DNA from: Tubiluchus corallicola
Taxonomy: Eukaryota; Animalia; Priapulida
DNA length: 64,000 bases
Direction: 5' to 3'
NCBI GenBank assembly: GCA_030141605.1
Contig: JAQGDQ010000406.1
Coordinates: 1 to 64,000 of the forward strand
The position numbers were made by a program, and so were the translations under genes. The notes below the pieces were generated by a model. That model made no database searches, had not been told where the DNA came from, and saw nothing but the letters and a program-made list of their open reading frames with translations. Shown piece by piece: positions 38,518 to 53,000 of this stretch; the first letter of the stretch is position 1, and every line of letters starts with the position of its first letter.

Positions 38518-38848
38518 CTAAAACAAAAATACGATCTAGTTGTAAATTGCTCAAAATGCAGAACAATATCGCATGCTTCTAGTAGTTTAGCAAATTTTTG
38601 ACTAAAAATTAACATGAAAACTACCATTGTACTTAACATATATATGGATATTCTTTAAAGCTGTAAGTGAATAAATAATTACAAAACATTCAAAACCAAA
38701 TAATCACATAGAAATACTGAAGTTCCTAAAATTAAAACATTGTCAAACAATAAATTTTGTTGTGTCTGTCATTTTTAATTCATCAAAGGTTGCTGAAATG
38801 ACATTTTCAATCTAACTGAACACAAAAATATATATGAACACAACACAC

Positions 38849-39101
38849 CGAGTGTGTACTTCGTACTGAAGTATCTGGTTTGTATCTGCCTTCGCTGTTC
38901 ATACTGCAAACAGAAGGTATGGAAGTATCTCCTTTGTCTGAATAACTATCTTGTCTCTGATTATTAGTATAATCCACCTGGTGTCCGTTATTTATTGGAG
39001 AGGCTTGCTTTGGACTTTGTTCAAAAGAATGATTCACCATGTAACTATCACTTGGCTGCTTCTCATTATAATTGTAGTCACTATGTAATAATGGACCATC
39101 A
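38849..39101 (-). CDS. CTNND2: delta-catenin N-terminal region exon (donor 38849; 38867 also possible)
   Basis: DGPLLHSDYNYNEKQPSDSY...EGRYKPDTS; open frame and matching phases. Confidence 0.75.
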
Positions 39102-40219
39102 CTAGCAAATAAAAATAAAGCAAATAAAAATGTTGAATGACTCAAAATACATTCACCGTAAGCTCAAAAATAAAAATTTCAGCCCCAACTTAGTTCTACA
39201 AACACTTTTAACGTGTAGGTAGCACAAACATACATCTTTGAATTTAGTAAACTGGTATTACTAAATTTTAAAATACACAAAGTGTGCTTAGAGACAGTAA
39301 TTAATGTCATTAATGTCTAAATTTGCTTTAGATATGTTGAGTGTTCGCATATATTCTAATACAACATATATTCATATGCTAATACAACAATGTTTCATGA
39401 AGAGTGAAGACAAAGCAATGCAAACAGCGGTTAAAGGGTAATCATAAACCTCATTTACAACATCCCTGATGCCATCATGGGGGGTCTATGCAATTTTGAT
39501 ATCACATGCAGTGCAAGTTCAGTTTTGTGGAATAGTTTTATTATACTTAAAGCAACACTGAAGGCAAAATACGATTGGTTGCCCATATCCAAATCATATT
39601 TTAAACAGACAATAAGTTTTGTAGAAGCAAAGATAAGCATTTGATTTTTGTATGACGTCATTGGTATCTCTAGTACATTTAGCAATGTATACACGTATAC
39701 GGTAAACCATAAATAAAATGCTACTGCATTAGATTTTTACTTGTTGACTTACACATATTACACAAAATTACACATCACAAGATATTCCAACCTACAGATG
39801 TCCAAAACAGAGATATTACACAAAAATTGTAAGCTTCTGTAGTAGGGTCCAACCATTTGATAACTTTTTACACTCCAGCGATTTTTAGATCCTATTTTAA
39901 TATCAAATCTAGCAGTAGAAATGCCTTTCAAACAGCATTTTTTTAACTCTTAATTTAAAATTTGGAAGAGTGCTCCTTATATTTTTAAACACTTAGGAAA
40001 CTTTTCTTTTGAAAGTGCAAGTAAGTTCCACAAAAAGAAAGATTACTTTAAATATTTTTTTTAAATGTTGTTCATAATATGCCTAAAATTTGGGTGCTGT
40101 ATAATTTTATTTAAACTCACTGTCATTTATCTAGGGATTGCCCATATTGCAAATTAAAGTGACTCTCAAACTTAAAATTGTCAATTTTAAAGGCTTCATT
40201 ATCCAAAAGCTTTGTGTAG

Positions 40220-41247
40220 GTCATTCCACCTCAAATCATCCAATATTTTTCTTTGCTAAACACCCTTAAGTCACAGATTTTAATGCAATTTGGTGCATTG
40301 GTTTGGCTTATGGAGTAGCGAAATTGGGCCAGCGGTTCAAAAGTTATGTCCCTTTGAAAATAAAAGGGCCAAAAAAATTGCCAAAATCAGATTTGTGGAT
40401 AATACTCTTGTGAAGAAAAAATGGATTACAACATTTCCTTTGCAGACGAAAATATTTAATCAAGGAGAGTTGTTCATGATGCTCACACAGAGTTGTGATC
40501 ATTGGTAACAGGACATCAGTTCTTGAACTGAACAATTCTTTCTCAAATGACTCAACATTCCTCAAAGATGTCTTCCTGGTATACGTTAGATGATAACATG
40601 AACTTTCTTTCGAATAAAAATGCACTTATCCATGTTTTACTAAAATAAATTCACACATTAAACAAAACGCATGCTATAAGCTATAAACACCAAATATTGA
40701 ATGGATGCATATGAAACATATGGCACACATACATACTTTATGATATATACATGTCACCATGAGTTAGGAGTGTATTGATAAATTCAAATGCCTGTAAAAA
40801 TTCAAAGCAAAAAACACATTAGTTTTTACAGAGTACATGATTCAGATACCAAGGAATTCAGAAATGTCGGAATTTCAAAAAATTCTGTCCCACAAGGTCA
40901 TTTTCAAGGTCAAAGTAAAGGTCAAAAGTTCATGAAAATTCAAACACTACCTATTTGAACTTTTACTGCAGACTCTGAAAGCTTATTGAATTCTCTTTAA
41001 AATGAAACCACTCCCATCAAAATTGGACTTAAACTTGAGTTACGACTCTTTCAAAATTGCAGGCCACACCGATTTTGAATTTTTTGGCCCTTTTGGCCAT
41101 TTTCAAAGGGCCATAGCTTTTGAATCGTCAACTTTTAACTCAAATTTGGATTTTTTCACTTCTAAACAAACCAGACCTACCCACCAAATTGCATTAATAT
41201 CTGACACAAAGGCGTGTTTTGCATTGGGTGATTTCACCTGGAATGAC
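40220..41247. mobile_element. Long-TIR non-autonomous DNA transposon (family unassigned)
   Basis: Terminal 25-bp inverted match (21/25; GTCATTCCACCTCAAATCATCCAAT) plus subterminal inverted homology between about 40330-40390 and 41070-41130. Confidence 0.65.
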
Positions 41248-41348
41248 ACAAAATTTTATTAATCTCATTGTCTTTAAGGTTCTGTTAGTTTACTACGGCA
41301 GCAAAGTGCAAAGGTGCACCCCTATTCTACATACTGTTCCCTGATGAC

Positions 41349-42591
41349 CAGGCCACTTTATTTAGATTGTTTAGACCTAAAATGACCTAAATAAGATTTG
41401 AAAAATAACCTAAATAACATTTTTGCTCTTTTTCATTTTTCGGATCGTCACTGCTTTTTTGCCCATCGGAGGAGCGAGAATTAGAAGAAACAAGCCACGT
41501 GGCGTCCCGTAGTTCTCCCTTCCTTCCGTCCGTCTGAGCTGCGCTTCGGTTGGACTGATTCAGGCAGTGAACCAGCAGTGTCGTGTCGCACCCACGTTAT
41601 GCCGGCATGAAGACGGGAACTGAGACGGGTGTTCTCGAAAGGACCCTCCTAATCCTTTTGTGTTCTGTGTGTTTTGTTGTCGCCCAACCGTCCCCCCCTC
41701 TTTTTGTGTGATTGATGCGTCGTCGAGCCATCATAATTTCGTTTACTTAAATGAGACTAGACCTACTCGTTCTAATTCTTCCTTGTCTCTCCCCAGTTAT
41801 AGATGGCTTCTTTTAGTCCATCCCACGAGCTTGCTTATGGGCTGAAGATCGTGCAGAGGCACCCGAAGACGCAGGCAGTCGTGGCTTCACGGAATTCAAG
41901 GTGTTCTCGATGCTGACGAGGAGACCAGGGCAAGTTTGTTGGAACTCCCAAATTTATTGGCTCGAGCCTTGGTGAAGCTGTCAGGAGCGGATTTAACAAA
42001 CTTGATTCGAAAAAATTTAGTTCGTCTCCGAGATGCTGGATGGGACCAAAAACAGATTGAAAACCTTGAGACAGAATTTCATGGTCTGAAGAGAGACTAC
42101 AGAGACAATGAACCCACTAAGACTGCATTGGATTCGATGACGGACGACACACCATTCCTCCAAGCTTGGAAGAACTTCGATCGCTACTCTTCCTTGATGG
42201 AATTTTCTGGAGGACATGCAACTCTCTTTCCGTCAACTGCTACTGTAGAGGCTGACTTTTACATTGTTGGGGAAATCAAAGATTGCTACAAGCAGAGCAT
42301 GACAGACTTCAGCCTGGAGGGGTGCCTCCAAGCAAAACAGTTTTTTGAACTGATGAAAATGTGATAACTGATAGTGATAAGGAATAATTTGGTACAATTT
42401 ATTCACTGTGTTGAAATGAAAGAAAAACAAAATAAATGAATAACACTATAACAGCCTAAAAATCTGACTTTTTGGCATCGAAATCAGCACTAATTTAACA
42501 AAAACCTAAAATGACCTAAATAAAATCTGAAAAACAACCTAAATAAGCTATTTAGGCTATTTAGGTCAAAAGACCTAAATAAAGTGGCCTG
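41349..42591 (+). mobile_element. Internally deleted hAT transposon
   Basis: Perfect 17-bp TIRs CAGGCCACTTTATTTAG, perfect 8-bp TSD CTGATGAC, subterminal ACCTAAA repeats, transposase N-terminal stub (ATG 41802) and C-terminal dimerisation-like region (ORF 41936-42364). Confidence 0.92.
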
Positions 42592-43702
42592 CTGATGACG
42601 CATTGTCTAGAATCGTAAATGGGCAATTCTATTTCTGGTCAAGGGAGGGGATTTTCTATCTCTCAGTGATTGCGTTTTGTGCAATTTTACCCTGAAGTAA
42701 CATTTGGTGGAAAATCGGGAGAAAGGGAGTTTATTATTAAATTCAGAGTCTCCCAACCAAATCTGGAATTGGAAAGACACATCACGGATGGCGAAAAATA
42801 ATCTTGGAATATATCAAGTAGACAATGAATTTATTAATATAAAGCTACAATTATATATGGAAAAAATTTTGAAGTTTGAGAGCTACATGGTGTTCCACCA
42901 GCAGCAATTTAGGCCGTATGAACAATAGTGCGCGAGTACCCCGAAAATCAAAACTGCGATCTACAAGCAAACCACATCTTTCTGGGTTAATACATGCACA
43001 GAAATGAAAGTAATAATTAACTTTTCTGGTTAAATTTCCATAAAACTACATTTAGTCTAGGTTAGGAGTTACTGAGTGATGTTTGAGCATTTTTGCAATA
43101 ACACTAGTTGTTTTAGTTTTACTACTGCAACTCGCAATAGCATTTCACGTAACCCATCTGAGAGTACAATTTCTCAAGCATGCTTTAGCTAGGACTTGTA
43201 CCATGTGAATAATATTGTAATATTGTAGTTTATTCACTGAAACAACACAATTTCTACGGGACAACCGCAGAGCCAAAGGTATAGGAACGGCAGTAGGCTT
43301 CAGTTTTTACTTTTAGGCAGGCCGCAATGCGAAACTTTCACATGCTGTGCCTTACTACCACTGTCTTTTCAATCTATCCCATATAGTGCATTGAAGTAGG
43401 TGCAGATGGACAAAGCTATGATATGAGCTTAGTGATAAAAATGCTGTGAGTGTTGATCTAACATAAGAGATTGTTAAACACACAATCTTTCACTGCATGA
43501 TCACAAGCTAATTCGGGTAAAATATATAAAGGTACAAATGTACAAATGCGCGACATACGTGAATGTAACTTTAGGCCACCTTTACTTGTACATATTTAAA
43601 AAGAGTAAACCAAACAGTTTTAAGGCAAGTTGCATGTCAACTTCAAAACACTAACAACCCTAAAATGGTTGATTAAGACAAAAAAGTTCCACAACTACAT
43701 AC

Positions 43703-43738
43703 CCACTGTCCATAACACCTCTCTCATGAAGAACTCTT
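43703..43738 (-). CDS. CTNND2: delta-catenin 36-nt exon (RVLHERGVMDSG)
   Basis: cag and gtatgt splice sites, phase 2-2; completes LVDSCLRVLHERG, similar to vertebrate delta-catenin LVDSCIRSLQESG. Confidence 0.85.
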
Positions 43739-44249
43739 CTGCAAAAATATATTTTTAATAAGTCATAATAAAAACCAATTAGTTTTACAGATACAGACTA
43801 TAAACATGAATTAATGTTCAAAAATTATTAGAACTGTAACAATAATATGTCAGAACCTCATTAGAACCTCAAGCAACTTTATGTCAATCACAGCAAATAT
43901 CCAAAATATCGAATTAATGTAAAATGAGCTTTAACACTTCAATGTACATCTCAGTATCTCATTTCCTGAACCATTATAATCAAGTGTCCCTTTAAAATAG
44001 CTGCATAAAATGCAGCGGGTATCATGAATTTGACCATTGCTTTATTCTCAGTTTGTACAGAATGTAGACGAAATTTTGTGAAATGACAATATTGCACAAA
44101 GTTTCAGCTTGTCTGCGCAACAACATTAATTACGACCCTTAGTAACAACTGTTATTCATTAAAAATCTGAACGTCAAGTAATTACTGAAAATATCAACTG
44201 CTCAGCAGGGCTTAGCCTTAGAGCCCTTAAAGTAAACTGCACTTAAAGT

Positions 44250-47200
44250 AAATGTGAAGCTATAACAAAGGACTGCCACATACAAATTTAAATTATTATG
44301 AAATAAAAATTTTTATTAGTCATTTGAGATAAGGTTTACGCAGCTAGAAAACAAATTGACACAGCAAATGACATTGGCTTTTTATCTATGAACAAAATTT
44401 ACACTAATGAAAGTTTGACGAAGCACAATAGATTTCTATTATTCTATGCAAGACAGTACACAAAAACAGTTACATTACAAATACATATGGACTAAATATG
44501 GCACAACATCGCTGAGAATATCTAATCAAAATGAAACTGTAATTACAGAGACTTTACTTTACAAACTTTTATTGGTGCTAGGCTATATAATCAGGCAGAC
44601 ATTCTCTGTAAATTCTGTATAAAGATATAATCAGTTCACACTGATTTTCCATCAACATGATTTTTCTGTGCTCAGTTTGCAAAAAAACTGTAAAATTAGC
44701 CAAAAATGGATTTGTTGTAACATCTGTCATTCTTGGTGTCATATCAACTGCACCTGTCTGACTCTTGCTGAGTTCAATCATTTTAACAAACTCTGATGAT
44801 TCCTAATTTTGCTATGCCTTGTCTCAATCAGGTCCTCTCATTACAAAAACTAGAAAATGAAGAAGTTCAAATGTTTTTAAATTCTGAAATTTATGTTAAC
44901 TGTTTTGATTTAGCAGAAATGTCTAACTTATTAGACTCTGATATATTTAATTCTAATCTCAGCGATGAACAAGACCCTGACATATATAGTTTCTATTTCA
45001 ATAGCAAATACTACAAGTTAAATAATATAAATAATGATTCATCGCTAAGTAATGAACAAAAAGACAGTGCATTTTAACACCAACAGTTTAGGAAAAAAAT
45101 TCACAAGAGTTTTAGATGTTTTAAACAATTTCCAAAATCACACAACCTCAAGCGAAACAAGAATATCCAATAAGACACATTTTTGTTTTAACATGTGTTT
45201 TATAATGGTTATAAATTCATATGTAACAATTTGCTAACAAATGCGGGGGGAGTTGGAGTTAGAATTTAAAATTTGCAATGACCTAATATTAATTGTACTA
45301 AACAAACCAGCAATTTACCTAACAATTGTAACAAAATACAAGTAGAAGATTTGTGAAGTAACCTCTACAAACAAAAACAATGATAAGTCATTTATATTTA
45401 GTGTCATTTATCGCCAACCTAACTACTGCTTAAAACATTTCTCAGAAGAACTAGAAGTTACTATCAGGAAAATTAACTCGTTGGGAAGGAAAGCTTATAT
45501 ATGTCGGGACATCAATATAAATCTTCTACAGCTTAACATCAACAATCACATTACTTCTTACATTAATATGCTCTTTCTCAATTCATGCCACTCATTTCAA
45601 GACCAATGCTTATGACATTAACAACTACTACATTGATTGATCATATTTATACAAATGATTATAGTAGCATGATTAATATGACATTATTGACATACCAGGC
45701 AGCAAACGATCTTTCAATATTTGCAATAATTAAATCAGATAACTCATATAAAAGCAAAGCTATTATAATTAAACCTTGTACTAAAATTTTAGACAGGAAG
45801 ATTTTAAAACTGAACTTGCACAAGGCATTACAGTTAACTTTAGATTTAAATCAACAAGATGTTAACACTCTATTTAGCCAATTCGGCCAAAGATTTAATG
45901 AAATATTAAACAAACACGCCCCCATCAGAAAGTTAACCAGAAAAGAAAGAATTTCATTCCACAAACCCTGGATTACTCAAGGCATACTGAAATTTATACA
46001 AAAAAAGTAATATGTACAAAACCCATAAACTATCAAATTCATTGCTAAAAATAAATCCTAATGTAAAATTTACTCTAACAAACTAAATCAAATAAAAGAA
46101 ATACCAAAGAAAAAGTATTATGACCACGTGTTTATCCTCAGTAAAAAATTGGAATTTAATTAATGGTACAATTAATAACAAAGCAAGAAGTGAGATCACC
46201 CCACTAAAATAAAACAGAATGGCCATACAGTTACTGACTCACATGAAATTGTACATATAATTAATAATTTTTTTCAAACCATTGGGCAAATATGGCGGCA
46301 CAAATACCTAGAATGCATATTAGACCAGAAAACTACTTCAACAATCCAAATGTCAATTCATTATTTTAAGGCCAGTTACCGAATATGAAATCACAGATGC
46401 TATCTCACAAATGTCTAATAATAAATCACAAGGACATGAAAATATGCAAAATTTTTTTTATGAAACATCATCTAGTGTAATTAGTCCCATATTAACAACA
46501 TTAATTAATTTATCCATTAATTATCTTCCCTGACAGTTTAAAAATAATTAAATTAGCACCAATTTATAAATCCCATGCACAAGAAAACCCATCTAACTAC
46601 CATTCAATATCAATACTAACACCAAATGCAAAACTAACTGAAAGCATGATATTCAAAACTATTAATAATTCTATAACTATATATAAAATTATAAAGTATC
46701 AAACTTTAAATTTGAATTTAGGTAGAATTATTCTACTTCTCTAGCAACTGCAGAAATATGAATACTCTACTCACTTATACAGACAATAAATTGTACACGT
46801 GGTTTATTTCTATATGTACCAAAGGCTTTGGCACAGTACAGCACAATATACTTTTCTCTAAATTAGAATACTATGGCATTCATGGAACAGCACTACATCC
46901 AATTAAATCTTACTTAACTAATAGACTGCATTACACGACAATTAATAACACAAATTCAGATTATGAAACAATGATTATGAAACACACTAGGACCACTTTT
47001 ATTTCTTTTGTACATAAATGATCTACCAATCTGTTCAAAATTTAACTCTTAGGTTATTTACAAATGACACTAATTAATTCCTACTAGACAAAAATATAAA
47101 TAATCTAGAAACAAACACTAACCTTGAATTATCCAAAATTGCTCACTGGATGCGCAATTGCTCACTGGATGCGCACATAAATTTCAAAAAAACTAAATTC

Positions 47201-48952
47201 ATGTTCATAGGACCATCTTCGTTTAGGAACCGCCTAATTCATATATCAATAGGAAACAATGTATTAGATGAAACAAGTACAATTAAATATTTAGGTCTAA
47301 ATATACATAATAAATTGAATTGGAAACCACATATACAATTAATAAACTCTAGAATCAGTAAATACATTAGCATCTGTTACAAACTGAGACGTTAATTAAA
47401 TATCGATATACTAAAAACCACATGCTATACACTCATTTATCCATACTTGCAGTACTGTATCACCTCCTGGAGGTTGGCAAACTGCACAACATTAAAGCCT
47501 CTAACAGTTACAATAACAATTAAATAAAATCATTAAGGCAGTAACATTCAATAAAAACAGAGACCACCTAGACCAATTATACCATCAGTTACACTTACTA
47601 ACGCTTACAGATATTTACAAGCTAGAATGAATACAATTTATGTATAAATACCGTAACTCATTACTACCAGACATATATGATAACTAATTCACGAAAATTA
47701 TCAATGTTACCATACCAAGTAAGATTTAGTACATCACAGGGCCAAAAACTATAAAGCACATGGGAACCTTACTTTAGAATTCACTGCAAGTTGTAACTTC
47801 CTCCCTGGACTTTCTTAGAATGATATCAAAAAGTACATTGATTTATACTAGGAACACAATGTGCAAACTCCCTTGACTGACATTGATAAAATAACTTGTG
47901 AACTACAAGGAATGCATCTATATAAACTAAAAGAAACAAACTAGATATAAATACTATTTACGGTAATAATAAGTCATTATAATCTCATTTTGTTATTCAG
48001 GTACTATTGATGTTCCAGCAGTCACAATAAAAAGGCTAGAAGACAACAAATGAAATAAACATGTAAAGTAGGATTCTACAGTATTGTCAATAAAAATAAT
48101 ATAATTTTTTATGAGTCTTTCTTATAATTTAACTGAGCATGATAATTACTTGTGTATTGTATTATTTGGTTATTGATGCTCAAATTTCTATTGTAAAGGT
48201 TAATGATCTGTCATAAATCACAATTTCTTCATTTGTAAATAGACACATATTTGACTATATTGATGCATAGTTTATTTTCATACTTTTGTTCATATTTATG
48301 TAATTACAGTCTCATTTTTTGTTTGATTATTGCATGTAATTTTATTTTACATCTAATTTACATTTTTTTCTACTATATGTATTGCAATTGTTATTGACTT
48401 TTGATACAATGTGTATTCTCATATTTTGAAGTATGGTTATTGTTACTATTATTATTACTTTATAACCTGTTATTTTGATGCACTGTTTTTTCTTCAACAG
48501 TTCAAATAATACAACCAAATACTTTGTTTGATTATTTGCACATGATTTTACTACATATGTAATCAATGTTTTTCTAATGTATTACAAATGTTACTGCAAC
48601 TTTTATTAATTGTTGACACAATATGTTTTTTGCTACTTTGATGTTTTGATGCATGGTTATTATTACTATTATTTTTTATTTTGTTATTTCGATGCACTGT
48701 TTACCTAAAATTAAATTAATACAACCTAATTTACTTATATTTAATACATAAGCCTTGCACAAAGCTGCTACTATTGTCACATAATTAACCCCACAAATTA
48801 ATGTTGCATAAATAGGTGTGGATGCTAGGTGACCTCGTTGTCTTTTGCCACTCAGTCTCAATTATCAAAATAATATTATTATTCACAATTAAATATTGTA
48901 TATTGCTATATTGCGTAAGAGAACCGACTAAATTGAATTGAATTGAATTGAA
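44250..48952 (+). pseudogene. Degenerate CR1/L2-like LINE (ORF1 remnant, APE, RT, long 3' region)
   Basis: IYTNESLT, TLIDHIYTN, KPWITQGI, ILFSKLEYYGIHG, IKYLGLNIHNKLNWKPHI motifs and an (ATTGA)n tail at about 48930-48952; boundaries approximate. Confidence 0.8.
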
Positions 48953-49057
48953 CAGTTATATCGGAAATACCAATCACTTTAGAGTACTACAGAGAAAAAA
49001 TATTTAATTCTATACTTAAGAACTATCTGTATTTCACTTCTAGTGTACAATACTCAC

Positions 49058-49218
49058 AAACAGGAATCAACTAAATGTGAACCAGACACACGACTATCTG
49101 TATCACTTTCTAGTTGATCAATATAACCACTATATTGCTGGGGTTGATCGTTGCGCCATGCATAGCCATCAGCTGAACTAACACTGGACATACTAGTCGT
49201 TTCACTTCCTAGTTTACA
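49058..49218 (-). CDS. CTNND2: delta-catenin exon
   Basis: CKLGSETTSMSSVSSADG...HLVDSC, matching the delta-catenin CKLGSETGSMSS motif; tag and gtgagt splice sites. Confidence 0.93.
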
Positions 49219-50049
49219 CTAAAAGAAATAAGAAATAATGTGTTAATAAGTTTCTAATTATCAACTTACATGAAATTTTTACAATAATTGAAATATGATA
49301 AGTACAAAATGAAAACTGATATTGTTTGGCTACAAAACATAAATAAAAGAAGCCGGAGTTGGTAAAGTAAAACTGGATGCAATAGAAAATAGAAAACGCA
49401 TATGCTGCTGATTAGTATTTCTGAGCAACATCTAGCAAAGCTGAATCACAAAACCCATCAAATGTAATGCAGGTGGAAAAAATAAGACAATAAACTTGGA
49501 AGCAGTGGTATACATTGTTATTTTTAGCATTTCAAACACATTATTGAACTAAAACTGGTTACGAACTGTTTGAAGGAATTCAAAATTGAAAAAAATGATA
49601 TTTTGTGATAAAATTAACAGAAAGAAATTAACAATTAAAAAGAATTTTATATATAAGACTATATACTATTAATTAATCAATTCACTTTCAGTTATTTACG
49701 ATCCGATATATTGATAATACTATGATATAGTTTACGAATTCCAAATATTATACGTAATACATATTTTAAAATGCTCTGAAGAATATTGTTTTGGCAAAAA
49801 CTGCAATACAACTTACATGTTTAACATATACTTGCACAACATCAAAGTAAGCATTAAAAAATAAAAAGAAACCTATAGAAAAAACAGACAGATTGAGCTT
49901 AGTGACAGTAACTTGATGCAAAATACAATCTCTTGAGTATTTTATGCATGGGAAGCACCTGTTAGACAGAGTCTGAACAAACCAATAAGAAATCAGATAG
50001 ACTACATAATAGTAAAAAGAGAACACAAAATTTTTGTTACTGATTCTCG

Positions 50050-53000
50050 TTCATATTCTGGAAACAGACCTTCTCAGAACATTGATTAGTTATGGCTAAA
50101 TACAATATAAACTGGTTTTTGAAGACTTCTAAGAAACACACTGTGCAGAAATTTCAGTTCAGTAAGCTAGAAGATGAAGAAGTTAAATTAAAATATCAAC
50201 AAACAGTTGAACATTAACTGATGCAAAAGTCTGGTGACAATGACCAACAGCAATGGAATAACATAGTCAATTCATGAATGGAAGCTTCGGAAAAAATTCT
50301 AGGATAAGATAAGACCCGCAAATCAAAGAAAGAAGTCAATGATCCAAGAGTTGAACAGTTGTCCTCTGAACAAAAGAAATCGGGTTAAACATTAATGCGA
50401 ACACAGACTTCAGTATTACAAAAGAGTTACAAATAAAAAGGAAGAAAAAAGACTGCTAAAAAGTATTGAGGATAAACTCAGATGTTTAAAGCTGTTAGGA
50501 ACATTAACAGAAATAAACAGAAAGAAAAATAATAGTAGAGAAAGAAGGAATACTACAGAATTAATCACGTGTGCAAAAATTTTAGTCGAAAAACCTATAA
50601 CTTCAAGTTCTTACTCAATTACCCTGTCACTTGATATTGCTTGATATGAGCAAGGCTTTTAATACTGTTGATAAAGGAATACTATTTGATGATTTAAAAT
50701 CAGTTTTAGAACCAGATGAATTACACCCCTACCGGGCGCATCCCCCGGGTGGCGGATGGGGGACCCCTGGCTCACGAGCCAGGGTGCTCCGAATATTCAA
50801 ATAAGGAGCTGTGGACCAAATCCTTCAGGATAGACCTAGCAAAGTCACTGAAGTATTTTTTGCTCAAGTAACTCATGGCGAACACAACTGAAACAACGGC
50901 CCCCAGTCCCCGGCAGCCCTTAAATGGGTAGGGGGTGCTAAGAATCTCCGGTGCCATGAATTCCAGGAGTAGAAAGGCAACTAAATTCAAAATTGCAATA
51001 ATTAACATTTCAACGATGAGAGGGAAGGAGGAAGAGGTGGTGGATATAATGAAAGACAGGAATCTCGCAATTGTTGGTCTCAGTGAGACCAGGATGAGGG
51101 GTAGTGGAGAAAAGATCCTGCATGAAAACTACAAACTGATTTACAGCGGACAGGATGATGGGAGGCACGGTGTTGGAGTAGTTCTTTCACCGGATCTGGC
51201 TCCCTATGTGGAGAAGGTTGATAGTGTCTCAGAGAGAATCATTGGTATTTCCATCAAGACAAAGACAGTGGCCTTTTCCTTAATTCAGGTTTATGCCCCG
51301 CAAAGTGGAAGACCATCCCAGGAAAAAGATTTTACCAGGACCTACAAGATGTCACAGATACAGCAAGATTCAAAGAAAAATTAATAGTTTGTGGAGACTT
51401 CAACGGACACATTGGATGTGTGAGAGATCACGTTGAAACAGTGGTCGGAGCGTTTAGTGTTGGCGACAGGAATGAGGAGGGAGGCAGGATAATTGACTAT
51501 GGTCTACTAAACGGGTTGGCTATAATGAATACCTTCTATAAACACCGAGATAGTCATAAATGGACGTACTACGGTTGGAACAGCGAAGCGCAGCAGTACG
51601 TCAGCAAGTCGATTAGATCTCTTTTTGACCGCAGACGAGCGAATATTCCAGAATGTGCGTGCTGTGCCATCGCTGTCTATGGACTCCACGCACAGAATGG
51701 TGATAGCAACACTGACATGGAAAACAGAAAAGCTACCGAAAAAGAAGGGGAAACAGAGATTTAATATAGAAAAATTGAGAGACTCAGAGACTGCCGACAC
51801 TATGAGAGAAGTTATAAACAACAAAATAGTAAAAGCTGAAAATAGAGACTGGGAAACATATAAAGAAATGGTTTCATCTGCCGCAGCAGATACATTGGGC
51901 TCTAAAAAGTCGTATCAAGGAAGGAAGAAAACTACACCTTGGTGGACGGAAGCAATAAAGAGTGCAGTTAAAGAGAAGATGGGATGGTTCAGAAAGTGGA
52001 TGAAGAGAAGAAGACCCGAAGATAGACGAGAATACGAACTAGCCAGGAATCGAGCTGAAAAAGTAAAGAAAGAAGAAAAGAATAGAGTGTGGGAAAACAT
52101 CGGAGAGGATTTGAGGGCTGACCATGCAGGAACAAAGAAATTGCTTTACTCAATGACAAAGAATTACAGAAGTAGTGCTAAAGAACAAACCTACGCAATT
52201 AAAGATCAAAATGGACAATTGCTTGTGCAACCAGATGACATCGCTAACAGATGGAGAGAATACTTTGATGATTTGCTCAATGTACGAGGAAGTGAAGAAT
52301 TGGAAGTGGATGTGGACCTAGAGATCGACCCGAATGAACTGATCGAGGACATCACGGGAGCTGAGATCTCGGGGGCCATAACACGGATGAAGAGAGGTAA
52401 AGCAACAGGAGATGATGACCTCCCTGTAGAAGTTGTGAAGGAAGCTGGGGAGGAGGCGCAGAAGCTCCTGCTAACCATAATGCAGGACGCATACAGACAA
52501 CAAACTGTACCACCAGAGTGGCAGAGAGGAGTCATTAACCCGATATTTAAAAAGGGAGATAAAGCTCTTTGTGAAAATTTTAGGGGCATTTCCCTATTGT
52601 CTCACTGTGGAAAGCTATACAGTAGTATAATCGAGAGGAGGCTTCGTACACATGTCGAGGCTAGATTGGGAGAATGGCAGTAAGGATTTCGACCAGGACG
52701 AAGTACATCAGATCTTGTGTTTGTGATGAAGATGATAATGGAGAAAAGCTGGGAGTGGGGAAGGGACAAATTTGCTCTCTTCATTGATATGGAGAAAGCT
52801 TTTGACCGTGTCCCAAGAAAGCTGCTTTGGAAGATTATGTCGGAGCCGCTGTATTCTGTTCCCAAAAAGCTGATAAGAGTTATCAAGAGCATCTATAGCA
52901 ATAGTGTGAGTAAGGTAAGAAAAGGAGACGTGGAGACTGACTGGTTTAACATCGAAGCAGGTGTAAGACAAGGAGACGGGTTGTCCCCGCTCCTATATAT

